Shown: positions 27,078 through 34,495 of the stretch, piece after piece
Numbering within the stretch: position 1 is the first letter of the stretch
Layout of the letters: each line of letters starts with the position of its first letter
NCBI GenBank assembly: GCA_964448525.1
Contig: CAYUXB010000001.1
Span: 1 to 56,196, forward strand
Length of the DNA stretch: 56,196 bases
Source of the DNA: an uncultured Acidimicrobiaceae bacterium
GTDB taxonomy: Bacteria; Actinomycetota; Acidimicrobiia; Acidimicrobiales; VFJN01
Direction: 5' to 3'
Notes under the pieces: model-generated
What the model saw: only the letters and a program-made list of their open reading frames with translations
Told to the model about the DNA's origin: nothing
Database searches by the model: none
Position numbers and translations under genes: made by a program

Positions 27078-28967
27078 TCACGTCCTGCGGGCGACGACGC
27101 GGTAGGCGTTGCCGATGTCGTCGGGGCCGAGCCGGGCGTCCTTGATCTCGTCCGCGATCTTCGCGACCACCATGGCCGGCACCGCCGCCCCGTACAGAGC
27201 CACCCGTCCGGCCCGATGGGCCAGCGAGGGCACGGGCAGCCAGGGCAGGTGGGGGCTGCGCGCCAGATGCTGCAGGACCAGACCGATCGAGTTGAACAAC
27301 TCGCCGCCCATCGTCGCCGGGCCACGCTCGACCGACACGACCTCGAACCCGACGCGATCGAGCTCGGCCAGCAGGTTGTCGCAGGTCATGAAGTGCTGGT
27401 GCTGCGGTTGCCCCCACTGCCACCAGTAGCGACCGAGGCGTCGGGCCCACGGTGCCTCGGCGTCTGGCACCTCGATCATGAGGTGGCCACCGGGTTCGAC
27501 CACCTGCGCGGCCGCGGCCAGCTCGCGCTTCGGGTCGCGGGTGTGCTCGAGGTAGTGGTGCATGCTCACGACGTCGTAGGACCGGGGCAGACTGCCCGCC
27601 AGGTCCGGGAACATGCCGCGGTACGCGGTGTCCACCCGCCCCCGGCGTGCCGCCTCGGTGACCGAGTCGCTCATGTCGAGGGCGTCGAAGGTGGCGTCGG
27701 GCCACCGCTCGCGGGCCGCGAGCAGGAAGTGGGCGTGCCCGGTGCCCACGTCGAGCCAGGCGCGGGGCTCCGCGTGGCGGGCCAGGGCCTCGACGCGCTT
27801 CGCGTAGATCGGGCCGAGCGCGCCGAAGCTCACCTCGGCCAGCTCCTCGCCGAGGCCGTCGTAGGCGTGCTCGTAGTAGTGATCGAGGCCCGCCACGGTG
27901 AGGGCCGGGTTCTGGAACACGTGCCCGCAGGCTCGGCACTCGTTCAGGTGGAACGTGCCCGGCTTGTGCTGCAGGAGGTCGCTGACGATCAGCCTCCCGG
28001 CCAGGTCGTCGGAGCCGCACCAGTAGCAGGTGGTGCGGCGGGGCTCGAAGAGGGGGTCGGCCGGCGGTGCGGGGATCGGCGTCGCTCGTCGCTCGGCCCG
28101 GCGGGCCCGCGTCTCGCTCCAGCCGGCCGCGACGGTGCGCACGTTGTCGACCCACGCCCGCGGGAGCCGCGTGGCCACGGCGCCGGTGATCGACGGCGGT
28201 CGCCATGCCGCGCCGTCCGCGCCCGCGGGACCGCCGCCGCCACCGAACACGACCGCGGGCTGGGCGCTCCAGGTCGCGAGGGCGGCGAGCGCTGCACCGG
28301 GCGACACGAGAAACCCGACGGTCAGCGCGGCGAGGTGCATCGTCTCGGCCGCGAGAAGGATCGGGGTCAATGCCCCGTAGGGCTGGGCGTAGGCGGTGAG
28401 CTCCTCGAGCTCTCGCCAGCGGTCCCGCCCCCCGGACGGCGCAGCCGCCAGGCCCGGTGCCACCCGCACCCGGCAAGCCTTCGGGGCGTAGCGCTGTGCC
28501 CGAAGGGTGGCCCGCACGAGATCGCCCCGATCGTCATGACTCGGTGCGACGCCGCCCAGGCGGTCGCTCACCGTCGGATCGACCGCGAGCGCCTCGTGGG
28601 CACCGCCGGGCGCGTGGTACACGTCGGTGCCGAGCTTGTCGGCCTCGACCCGCCGGAGGACCCGCAGCGCCCGGTGAGCGGGCAGGTCGCCCGGCACCAG
28701 GTCGAGGACCTGGGCACCCGAGGCGTCCATCTCGCGTCGGGCGGCCGCGGCCGTCGCGGCGTCGACCCGGCTGCCGATCACCGCGGTGATGTCCACCTTG
28801 CCCGCGACATCGGGCTGGTCGGCACTGCCCACGGGCAAGACCGTCACCTGGCGGCGCCGCCGGCGGAGGACGACAGCCTCGGCGACGTGGGCCGCCGCCA
28901 GCGCCAAGAGGCCCGCGCGGGCCGCCCCGAGGGCGGCGTGGCGGACGGATCGGTGCTCGGACGGCAT
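27078..28967 (-). CDS. Fusion protein: unknown about 310-aa N-terminal domain with hydrophobic segments, plus Cys4 Zn-ribbon, plus class I SAM methyltransferase (paralog 1 of 2)
   Basis: CYWCGSDDL...LNECRACGHVFQNP (Zn-ribbon), LDVGTGHAHFLLAARE (motif I), VVSMHHYLEHTRDP. The N-domain is colinear with that of 40197..42107. Met at 28967 was chosen by alignment with the paralog. Confidence 0.8.
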   Translation of the reverse strand: MPSEHRSVRHAALGAARAGLLALAAAHVAEAVVLRRRRRQVTVLPVGSADQPDVAGKVDITAVIGSRVDAATAAAARREMDASGAQVLDLVPGDLPAHRALRVLRRVEADKLGTDVYHAPGGAHEALAVDPTVSDRLGGVAPSHDDRGDLVRATLRAQRYAPKACRVRVAPGLAAAPSGGRDRWRELEELTAYAQPYGALTPILLAAETMHLAALTVGFLVSPGAALAALATWSAQPAVVFGGGGGPAGADGAAWRPPSITGAVATRLPRAWVDNVRTVAAGWSETRARRAERRATPIPAPPADPLFEPRRTTCYWCGSDDLAGRLIVSDLLQHKPGTFHLNECRACGHVFQNPALTVAGLDHYYEHAYDGLGEELAEVSFGALGPIYAKRVEALARHAEPRAWLDVGTGHAHFLLAARERWPDATFDALDMSDSVTEAARRGRVDTAYRGMFPDLAGSLPRSYDVVSMHHYLEHTRDPKRELAAAAQVVEPGGHLMIEVPDAEAPWARRLGRYWWQWGQPQHQHFMTCDNLLAELDRVGFEVVSVERGPATMGGELFNSIGLVLQHLARSPHLPWLPVPSLAHRAGRVALYGAAVPAMVVAKIADEIKDARLGPDDIGNAYRVVARRT

Positions 28968-29070
28968 CGGGCAGCTCCCTCGCTCGATCGACGCGTGGGA
29001 GCCCCAGAACCCCGGCACGCCCCCAGACGATGGGCACGATTATTGCCTACACTCGGCTGGATCGCCAGTG

Positions 29071-29078
29071 TTGTTGAC
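29071..29078 (+). promoter_or_regulatory. TTGTTGAC motif copy 2, preceded by GCCAGTG, in the divergent region between the MT-fusion operon and the SDR gene
   Basis: Read directly. A possible -10 TCATCT lies 17 nt after TTGACG. Confidence 0.5.
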
Positions 29079-29193
29079 GGGTGCGCCGGTATCTGCTCAT
29101 CTTGCCGACGCGTGCCGGCTGGTCGATCCTGGGCAGCGGCTATCTGCCCGTCTCTCGGAACGGCCGTGAGTCCACATGTCGAGGAGCACCCGC

Positions 29194-30039
29194 ATGACCA
29201 CCGAACCCGCTCGCGACCTCGCCGGTCGCACCGTGATCGTCACGGGAGCGACGTCGGGTATCGGCCGGGACACGACCCTCGCTCTGGCGGCGCGGGGTGC
29301 TCACGTCCTGCTGGCCTGCCGGTCGGCCGCGCGCGCCGACGCCCTGGTCGACGAGGTCGTCGCCCTACCGGGTGACGGCACCGCCGAGCCCGTCGTCGTC
29401 GACCTCGCCGACCTCGAATCGGTCCGTGCCGCCGCCAAGCACGTCGTCGCCCTGGGGGTGCCCGTGCACGTGCTGGTGAACAACGCGGGCGTGGCGGGTG
29501 TCCGGGGAGTCACCGAACAGGGCTTCGAGCTCACCTTCGGGGTGAACCACCTCGGGCCCTTCCTCTTCACCTCGCTCCTGCTCGACGGCCTGGGCGAGCT
29601 CGGCCCCGAGCGGGTCGTCACGGTGGCGAGCAAGGCCCACTTCGGCGCGAAGCGGCTCGACGTCGACGCCCTGCGCCGGCCCACCGCCTCGCGGACCGGG
29701 CTCGTGGAGTACCAGACGTCCAAGCTGTGCAACGTCCTGTTCACCCGTGAGCTCGCCCGCCGGGCCCCCGCAGTCGAGGCCTACGCCGTGCACCCGGGGA
29801 TGATCGCGTCGGACATCTGGCGGCCGATCCCCTGGCCGCTCCGTCCGCTGGCCGTCCGCTTCATGGGGTCGACCGCGGAGGGTGCCGCCGCCTCGGTGCA
29901 CGCCGCCACCGCTTCCCGGGGCGTGCTCGGCCGCAGCGGTGGCTACATCGACCGGACCACGCCGGCCGAGGCCAGCCCGGTGGTCACCGACGAACTCGCC
30001 GCCGAGCTCTGGCGGCGCAGCGAGAGCTGGGTCCAGTGA
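29194..30039 (+). CDS. Classical SDR-family oxidoreductase
   Basis: MTTEPARDLAGRTVIVTGATSGIGRDT, NNAG and YQTSK (YxxxK). GAGGAG lies 7 nt upstream of ATG 29194. Confidence 0.88.
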   Translation: MTTEPARDLAGRTVIVTGATSGIGRDTTLALAARGAHVLLACRSAARADALVDEVVALPGDGTAEPVVVDLADLESVRAAAKHVVALGVPVHVLVNNAGVAGVRGVTEQGFELTFGVNHLGPFLFTSLLLDGLGELGPERVVTVASKAHFGAKRLDVDALRRPTASRTGLVEYQTSKLCNVLFTRELARRAPAVEAYAVHPGMIASDIWRPIPWPLRPLAVRFMGSTAEGAAASVHAATASRGVLGRSGGYIDRTTPAEASPVVTDELAAELWRRSESWVQ

Positions 30040-30065
30040 AGGGTTCGCCGAGGGCCGCTCGCGAC

Positions 30066-30087
30066 GGTTCCTCCGCGGTTCCTCCGC
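30066..30087. repeat. Perfect tandem duplication of the 11-mer GGTTCCTCCGC in a convergent intergenic region
   Basis: 30066-30076 equals 30077-30087. It is flanked by CTCGCG...CGCGAG. Confidence 0.85.
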
Positions 30088-30106
30088 GAGATCGGACGAC
30101 AGGCGG

Positions 30107-30949
30107 TCAGTCGGCTCGTCTGCGGAACGCCAGCACGTGGTATTGGAGGTCGCCCGCGACCGCCAGCGCCTCGACCCCCTCCGTGGTGTCGAGGCCGTCG
30201 GCTGCGCCGGAACCCTCGCCCAGGCGTCGCAACGCGGGGTAGGTGGGCAGCGTCGCGGCCGTGACGTCGTCGTCGACCAGCACGTCGAAGCCGGCGCTGC
30301 GGGCCAGGCGCTCGTAGCCCACCGCGGTCAGAGGCTTGGCGACATAGCCGTACCAGGCCTCGTCCGCTCCCCCACCGCCCGCCATCGTCGCGGCGACCCG
30401 GGACAGCGCGCCCGGCGCCATCAGGAAGTCGGACAACGCCACCGTGCCGCCGGGACGCAGCACGCGGGCCGCCTCGCGGAAGAACCGACGCCGGCTGGGG
30501 AAGTGGAAGACGCACTCGACCGCGAGCACGTGGTCGAGGCTGCCGCTCGCGACCGGCAGGCGACAGCCGTCCGCGGTCACGAACGCCACCGGGTCGGACC
30601 CCGACGCCGCCGGTGAGTCGGCCAGCAGGCGCCGGGCCCATCGGAGCTGGCGGACGTCGATGTTGATGCCGGCCAGCCGGCAGCCGTCGAACCGGGAGCG
30701 GAGGTGATCGAGCGTGCCACCGAAGCCGCAGCCCACGTCGAGGATGCGACGCCCCCCGGCCACCTCGCCGACCTCGATGATGCGGTCGGTCATGGCCTCG
30801 GCCGCGGCGAAGTACCGCTCGGGGCTGTCGTCGGCGACCGACGGGTCGGCGAACAGGCCCCAGTGGAAGTGCCGCCAGAACGGCGGCGGTCCGCCCTCTT
30901 CCATGTGGGCGAGTGCGGAATCGACGTAGGAGAACTCGACCTCGGGCAT
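30107..30949 (-). CDS. Class I SAM-dependent methyltransferase, paralog B
   Basis: MPEVEFSYVDSALAHMEEGG...HFHWGLFADP...ILDVGCGFGGT...ECVFHFPSRRRFFREAARVL. Its ATG shares one nucleotide with the paralog C stop (TGATG). Confidence 0.85.
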   Translation of the reverse strand: MPEVEFSYVDSALAHMEEGGPPPFWRHFHWGLFADPSVADDSPERYFAAAEAMTDRIIEVGEVAGGRRILDVGCGFGGTLDHLRSRFDGCRLAGINIDVRQLRWARRLLADSPAASGSDPVAFVTADGCRLPVASGSLDHVLAVECVFHFPSRRRFFREAARVLRPGGTVALSDFLMAPGALSRVAATMAGGGGADEAWYGYVAKPLTAVGYERLARSAGFDVLVDDDVTAATLPTYPALRRLGEGSGAADGLDTTEGVEALAVAGDLQYHVLAFRRRAD

Positions 30950-31785
30950 CAGCGCCGCCCCTCCCGCCGCCGGAACGCGACCACGTGGTACTGCCACCCG
31001 CCCGCCACGGCGAGCTCCTCGACTGCGTCGATCGTCGCGACGCCGTCGGGGTTGCCCGCCTCGCGGTACAGCCGACGCAGCGCCGGATAGGTGGGCAGCG
31101 TGCGCGCCGTGACGTCCTCGTCGACCAGCAGCTCGAACCCGCACGCCCGCCCCAGGCGCAGGTAGCCCTCCGACGTCAGCGGCGCCGCGGAGCGGCCGAA
31201 CCAGTCGCCCAGCCCGAGCGACGTGACGTTGCTGGTGACCGACGAGAGGGCGCCGGGGGCCAGCACGAAGTCGGACAGCGCCAGCGTGCCGCCCGGCGGC
31301 AGCACACGCGCGGCCTCACGGAAGAACGCCTTCCGGCTCGGGAAGTGGAAGACGCACTCGACGGCCAGGACGTGGTCGACCGATGCCGCCGCCACCGGCA
31401 GGCGGCACCCGTCGCCGGTGACGAACGCGATCGGCGACGCAGCGCCCCCATCGGTCAGCAACCGGCGGCCCCACCGGAGCTGGCGGAGGTCGATGTTGAT
31501 GCCCGTCAGCCGGCAACCGTCGTGGAGGGAGCGGATGTGATCGAGCGTGCCCCCGAAGCCGCAGCCGACGTCGAGGATGCGCCGGCCGTCCCCCACACCG
31601 GCTGCGGTGAGGATGCGTTCGGTCAGCGCGGTCGCCGCGACGACGTAGCGCTCGGTCGAGTCGTCGACCTCGGCGGGGTCGTCGAAGAGGCCCCAGTGGA
31701 AGTGCCGGAGGTGCTCGGGCGGCGTCGTCCCCTCGGCCATCTGCTCGATCTCGGCGTCGATGTACGGGAAGTTGACGACCGTCAT
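30949..31785 (-). CDS. Class I SAM-dependent methyltransferase, paralog C
   Basis: MTVVNFPYIDAEIEQMAEG...HFHWGLFDDP...ILDVGCGFGGT...ECVFHFPSRKAFFREAARVL. Its ATG overlaps the stop of GT paralog 2 (ATGA). Confidence 0.85.
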   Translation of the reverse strand: MTVVNFPYIDAEIEQMAEGTTPPEHLRHFHWGLFDDPAEVDDSTERYVVAATALTERILTAAGVGDGRRILDVGCGFGGTLDHIRSLHDGCRLTGINIDLRQLRWGRRLLTDGGAASPIAFVTGDGCRLPVAAASVDHVLAVECVFHFPSRKAFFREAARVLPPGGTLALSDFVLAPGALSSVTSNVTSLGLGDWFGRSAAPLTSEGYLRLGRACGFELLVDEDVTARTLPTYPALRRLYREAGNPDGVATIDAVEELAVAGGWQYHVVAFRRREGRR

Positions 31786-33005
31786 GGCACCCTCCGGTGG
31801 TGTGTGGTGGCGCGCAGGAGCGCCTCGAGCCGGTCGGCCGCCGCATCGGCGCCTCCCGCGCTCCTGAACGAGGCCCGCAGCCCGGCGGCCGCGGCGCGGT
31901 ACCGGGGGTCGTCGAGCACGCGGGCGACCACCTGGCCCAGCGCGGGCGCGGTGATCCGCCCGAACTTGACGCGTTCGCCTGCGCCCGCCCGCACCACCTG
32001 GTCGGCGACGAAGGGCTGGTCGTCGCGCAGGGGCGCGAGCACGAGGGGCACGCCCGCGGCCAGCGCCTCGCACACGGTGTTGTGGCCCCCGTGACCGACG
32101 ACGAGGTCGACGCGGTCGAGCAACGCGAGCTGCGGGACCCGGGGCAGGACGAGGACGTTCGGCGGCGGGTCGGGCACCAGGTCGGGCGGCGCGACGACGA
32201 CGGCCCGCACGTCCAGGCCGCCCAGCGCCTCGGCAGCGACCGCGAAGAAGCGACCGCCGGCCCGCCAGTTCACGGTGCCGAGCGAGACGAGCACGACCGG
32301 ACTGCTCGGCGACGCCGACGCGTTGCCGTCGAGCCATTCCCAGGGAAACGGCGTGGTGTCCACCCGGCCACCGAGGGCGGGCCCGACGAGCGCCCAGTGG
32401 TCGGGGAACCCGGCGTCGTCGCCGACGAGAGCCGAGCTCGTGAAGGCGAGGAGCAGGTGGGGCGAGAACCGGGGGTCGATGCCGGCCGCGGCGTCCGGAG
32501 CCACGCCGGCGTCGGTGAGCAGGGCGCGCATCTGGTCGTGCAGCCACCGCTGGACCTTGGGCAGGCCGGCGAGCGGGTCGACGAGATCGGCCGAGCTGGT
32601 GGCCGATGTCGCCCAGGGCAGACCCCGCTCGAGTGCGACAGCCGCGCCGGCGAGGGCGTGCTGATCGACCACGAGGACGTCGGGCGCGAACCGGTCGACG
32701 GCCGCCCGGGTGCCGGGGACCATCTGGCGGGCGATCGGCAGGACGAACTCCTCCCACAGCGCCCGGAACCCCACCGCACCGCCGACCGGGGACAGGTTGC
32801 GGGCAGCCGTCGCCGTCACGACCACCTCCGGGGCACGGTCGGCCACCGGGAGGAACTCCGACCCCGCCGGCAGGAGAGCGGGCACGACCTCAGGGTGACC
32901 CGTCCACGCCACCGCGTGGCCTCGGTCGCTGAGGGCCCGGCCGAGCGACACGGTCGGGTTGGTGTGGCCCTCCAACGGAGGAACGACGACGAGGAAGCGA
33001 CCCAC
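31782..33005 (-). CDS. GT1-family glycosyltransferase, paralog 2
   Basis: GTG 33005 gives VGRFLVVVPPLEGHTNPTVSLGRALSDRGHAV. C-terminal motif is VGHGGHNTVCEALAAGVPLVLAPLRDDQP. It is colinear with GT paralog 1 throughout. Confidence 0.88.
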   Translation of the reverse strand: MGRFLVVVPPLEGHTNPTVSLGRALSDRGHAVAWTGHPEVVPALLPAGSEFLPVADRAPEVVVTATAARNLSPVGGAVGFRALWEEFVLPIARQMVPGTRAAVDRFAPDVLVVDQHALAGAAVALERGLPWATSATSSADLVDPLAGLPKVQRWLHDQMRALLTDAGVAPDAAAGIDPRFSPHLLLAFTSSALVGDDAGFPDHWALVGPALGGRVDTTPFPWEWLDGNASASPSSPVVLVSLGTVNWRAGGRFFAVAAEALGGLDVRAVVVAPPDLVPDPPPNVLVLPRVPQLALLDRVDLVVGHGGHNTVCEALAAGVPLVLAPLRDDQPFVADQVVRAGAGERVKFGRITAPALGQVVARVLDDPRYRAAAAGLRASFRSAGGADAAADRLEALLRATTHHRRVP

Positions 33006-33015
33006 GGCGGACCGC

Positions 33016-33849
33016 TCAGCCCGCGCCCGTCGAGCCGGCCACGAGACCGCTGCGCTCGACGGCGGGCAGCCCCACGAATCCCCGGATCTGATCGCCCAGC
33101 TCGCGCGTGTGGCCGAAGACCGACAGGTGGTCGGCCCCCGGGACGACGTGGATCCGGGCGGTGGGCACGCGGGCCACCAGCTCCTCGGCCAGGGGAAACA
33201 TCTCCGACTGGTCGCCGTACACGGCGAGCACCGGGCAGGCGATGCGGGCGAGCTCGTCGTCGCCGAGCGCCGGCTCGGCGCGCACGTCGTCGAGGACGGT
33301 CGTGTGGAGCAGCAGGCGCACGGCGCGCTCGGCGACGGCCGCGGCCTTGCGCCGGGAGACCCCACCCAGGGCCTCCATCACGTCCTCGATCGTGTAGTCG
33401 CCGCTGAGCTGGGCGGCCGCCGCGTCGAGCATCGGCAGGATGCGCTGCGGCCAGCCGGGCACCGGGACCACCGGATCGATCAGGAAAAGCGATGCCACCC
33501 GCGTCGGGTGACGCACCGCGGTGGCGATCGCCACCGCGCCGCCGTAGCTGCACCCGACCAGGTGGACCGGGACGTCGACGTCGAGCGCGTCGAGAAGGGC
33601 GAGCAGGTCGGCCGTGTGGTCGAGGACGCGGTACCCGGAGGGCACGACCTCGGAGTGACCGTGGCCCCGCAGCGCGTAGAGGATCGCGTCGGCGTCGGGC
33701 GCGAGCGGCATGCCCAGCGTGAAGCTGAGGCCCGAGTGGTCGACGATCCCGAGACCGTGGACGAACACGATGACCGGCCGCTCGCCGTCGGGGCCCACGC
33801 GGTAGCGGTTCACCCGCAGCTCGACGCCGTTGGCGCGCACGGTGGCCAC
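33016..33849 (-). CDS. Alpha/beta-fold hydrolase (candidate thioesterase or acyl-release enzyme)
   Basis: VIVFVHGLG (oxyanion region), nucleophile elbow LVGCSYGG (GxSxG), C-terminal GADHLSVF (His). Confidence 0.8.
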   Translation of the reverse strand: MATVRANGVELRVNRYRVGPDGERPVIVFVHGLGIVDHSGLSFTLGMPLAPDADAILYALRGHGHSEVVPSGYRVLDHTADLLALLDALDVDVPVHLVGCSYGGAVAIATAVRHPTRVASLFLIDPVVPVPGWPQRILPMLDAAAAQLSGDYTIEDVMEALGGVSRRKAAAVAERAVRLLLHTTVLDDVRAEPALGDDELARIACPVLAVYGDQSEMFPLAEELVARVPTARIHVVPGADHLSVFGHTRELGDQIRGFVGLPAVERSGLVAGSTGAG

Positions 33850-33879
33850 GGCTACCGCCCGTCGTTCGCCGAGGGGCGG

Positions 33880-34233
33880 TCAACCACCGACGGTCTCGCT
33901 CGTCGGCAGCCCGCCGTCGGTGTGGCCCCCGGCCTCGAGCGTCTCGACGATGAAGTCGACGATGCGACCGACCGTGAGGTCGATCAGGTCGTCGAGCTCG
34001 AGCTCGGCGAACCAGGCCACGAAGTCGACCTTGCCGTCGTAGTGCTCGATCAGGCGCTCGGCGATCTCCATCACCTCCATGCTCTCGAGCTGGATGTCCT
34101 CGGCGAACGTCGAGTCGAGACCGACCTGGCACTCCTCGTAGTACCACTCGCCGACGACGTCGCGAATGGCGGTCTCGACGGTGGCGCGCACCGACTCGTA
34201 CAACGGGTCGGTGCGCGTGGCGGCCGTGCTCAT
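33880..34233 (-). CDS. Acyl-carrier-protein-like protein (117 aa) with LES in place of the canonical DSL/DSM serine motif
   Basis: Internal ATG of ORF 33880..34617. Sequence is acidic and helix-rich, with FAEDIQLESMEVMEIAERLIEHY resembling the ACP helix II region. Confidence 0.55.
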   Translation of the reverse strand: MSTAATRTDPLYESVRATVETAIRDVVGEWYYEECQVGLDSTFAEDIQLESMEVMEIAERLIEHYDGKVDFVAWFAELELDDLIDLTVGRIVDFIVETLEAGGHTDGGLPTSETVGG

Positions 34234-34336
34234 TGGCTTTCCCCCTGCTGGCTGTGGACTGCCGCCCGACCGCCGCCGCTCGGGCGCGGCGTGCGGGGAG
34301 CGGCACGGCGAGACGAACACTAGAGCCGCTTCCCGG

Positions 34337-34432
34337 TTGTTGACAACACCCGGCGTGCCGACGCGCACTGTTGACGTGGAGGATGAAGTCGGGGCCATCT
34401 CTTGACACCTGCGGCGAACGGTCGGGCATACT
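34337..34432 (+). promoter_or_regulatory. PKS operon control region: TTGTTGAC motif copy 3 (34337-34344), three TTGAC(A/G) boxes at 31-bp spacing (34340, 34371, 34402), and a candidate promoter TTGACA-19 nt-CATACT
   Basis: All elements were read directly. The 262-bp divergent region lies between the ACP-like gene (start 34233) and PKS gene 1 (start 34496). Confidence 0.45.
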
Positions 34433-34495
34433 GGCCCCCGCACGGCGCCGTCTGCCGACGAGCGCGGCACGCGGAAGCTCTGGGGGCCGCCACCG

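Noticed and set aside
24996-33365. N-terminal extensions of the track ORFs for the GT and MT genes (for example 24996..26621, 26171..27325, 30107..31144, 30949..32757, 31782..33365)
   Set aside because: The extensions run through the upstream gene in another frame and are R/P-rich. Internal ATG/GTG codons give N-termini that align among paralogs and create ATGA/TGATG stop-start overlaps typical of coupled operons.
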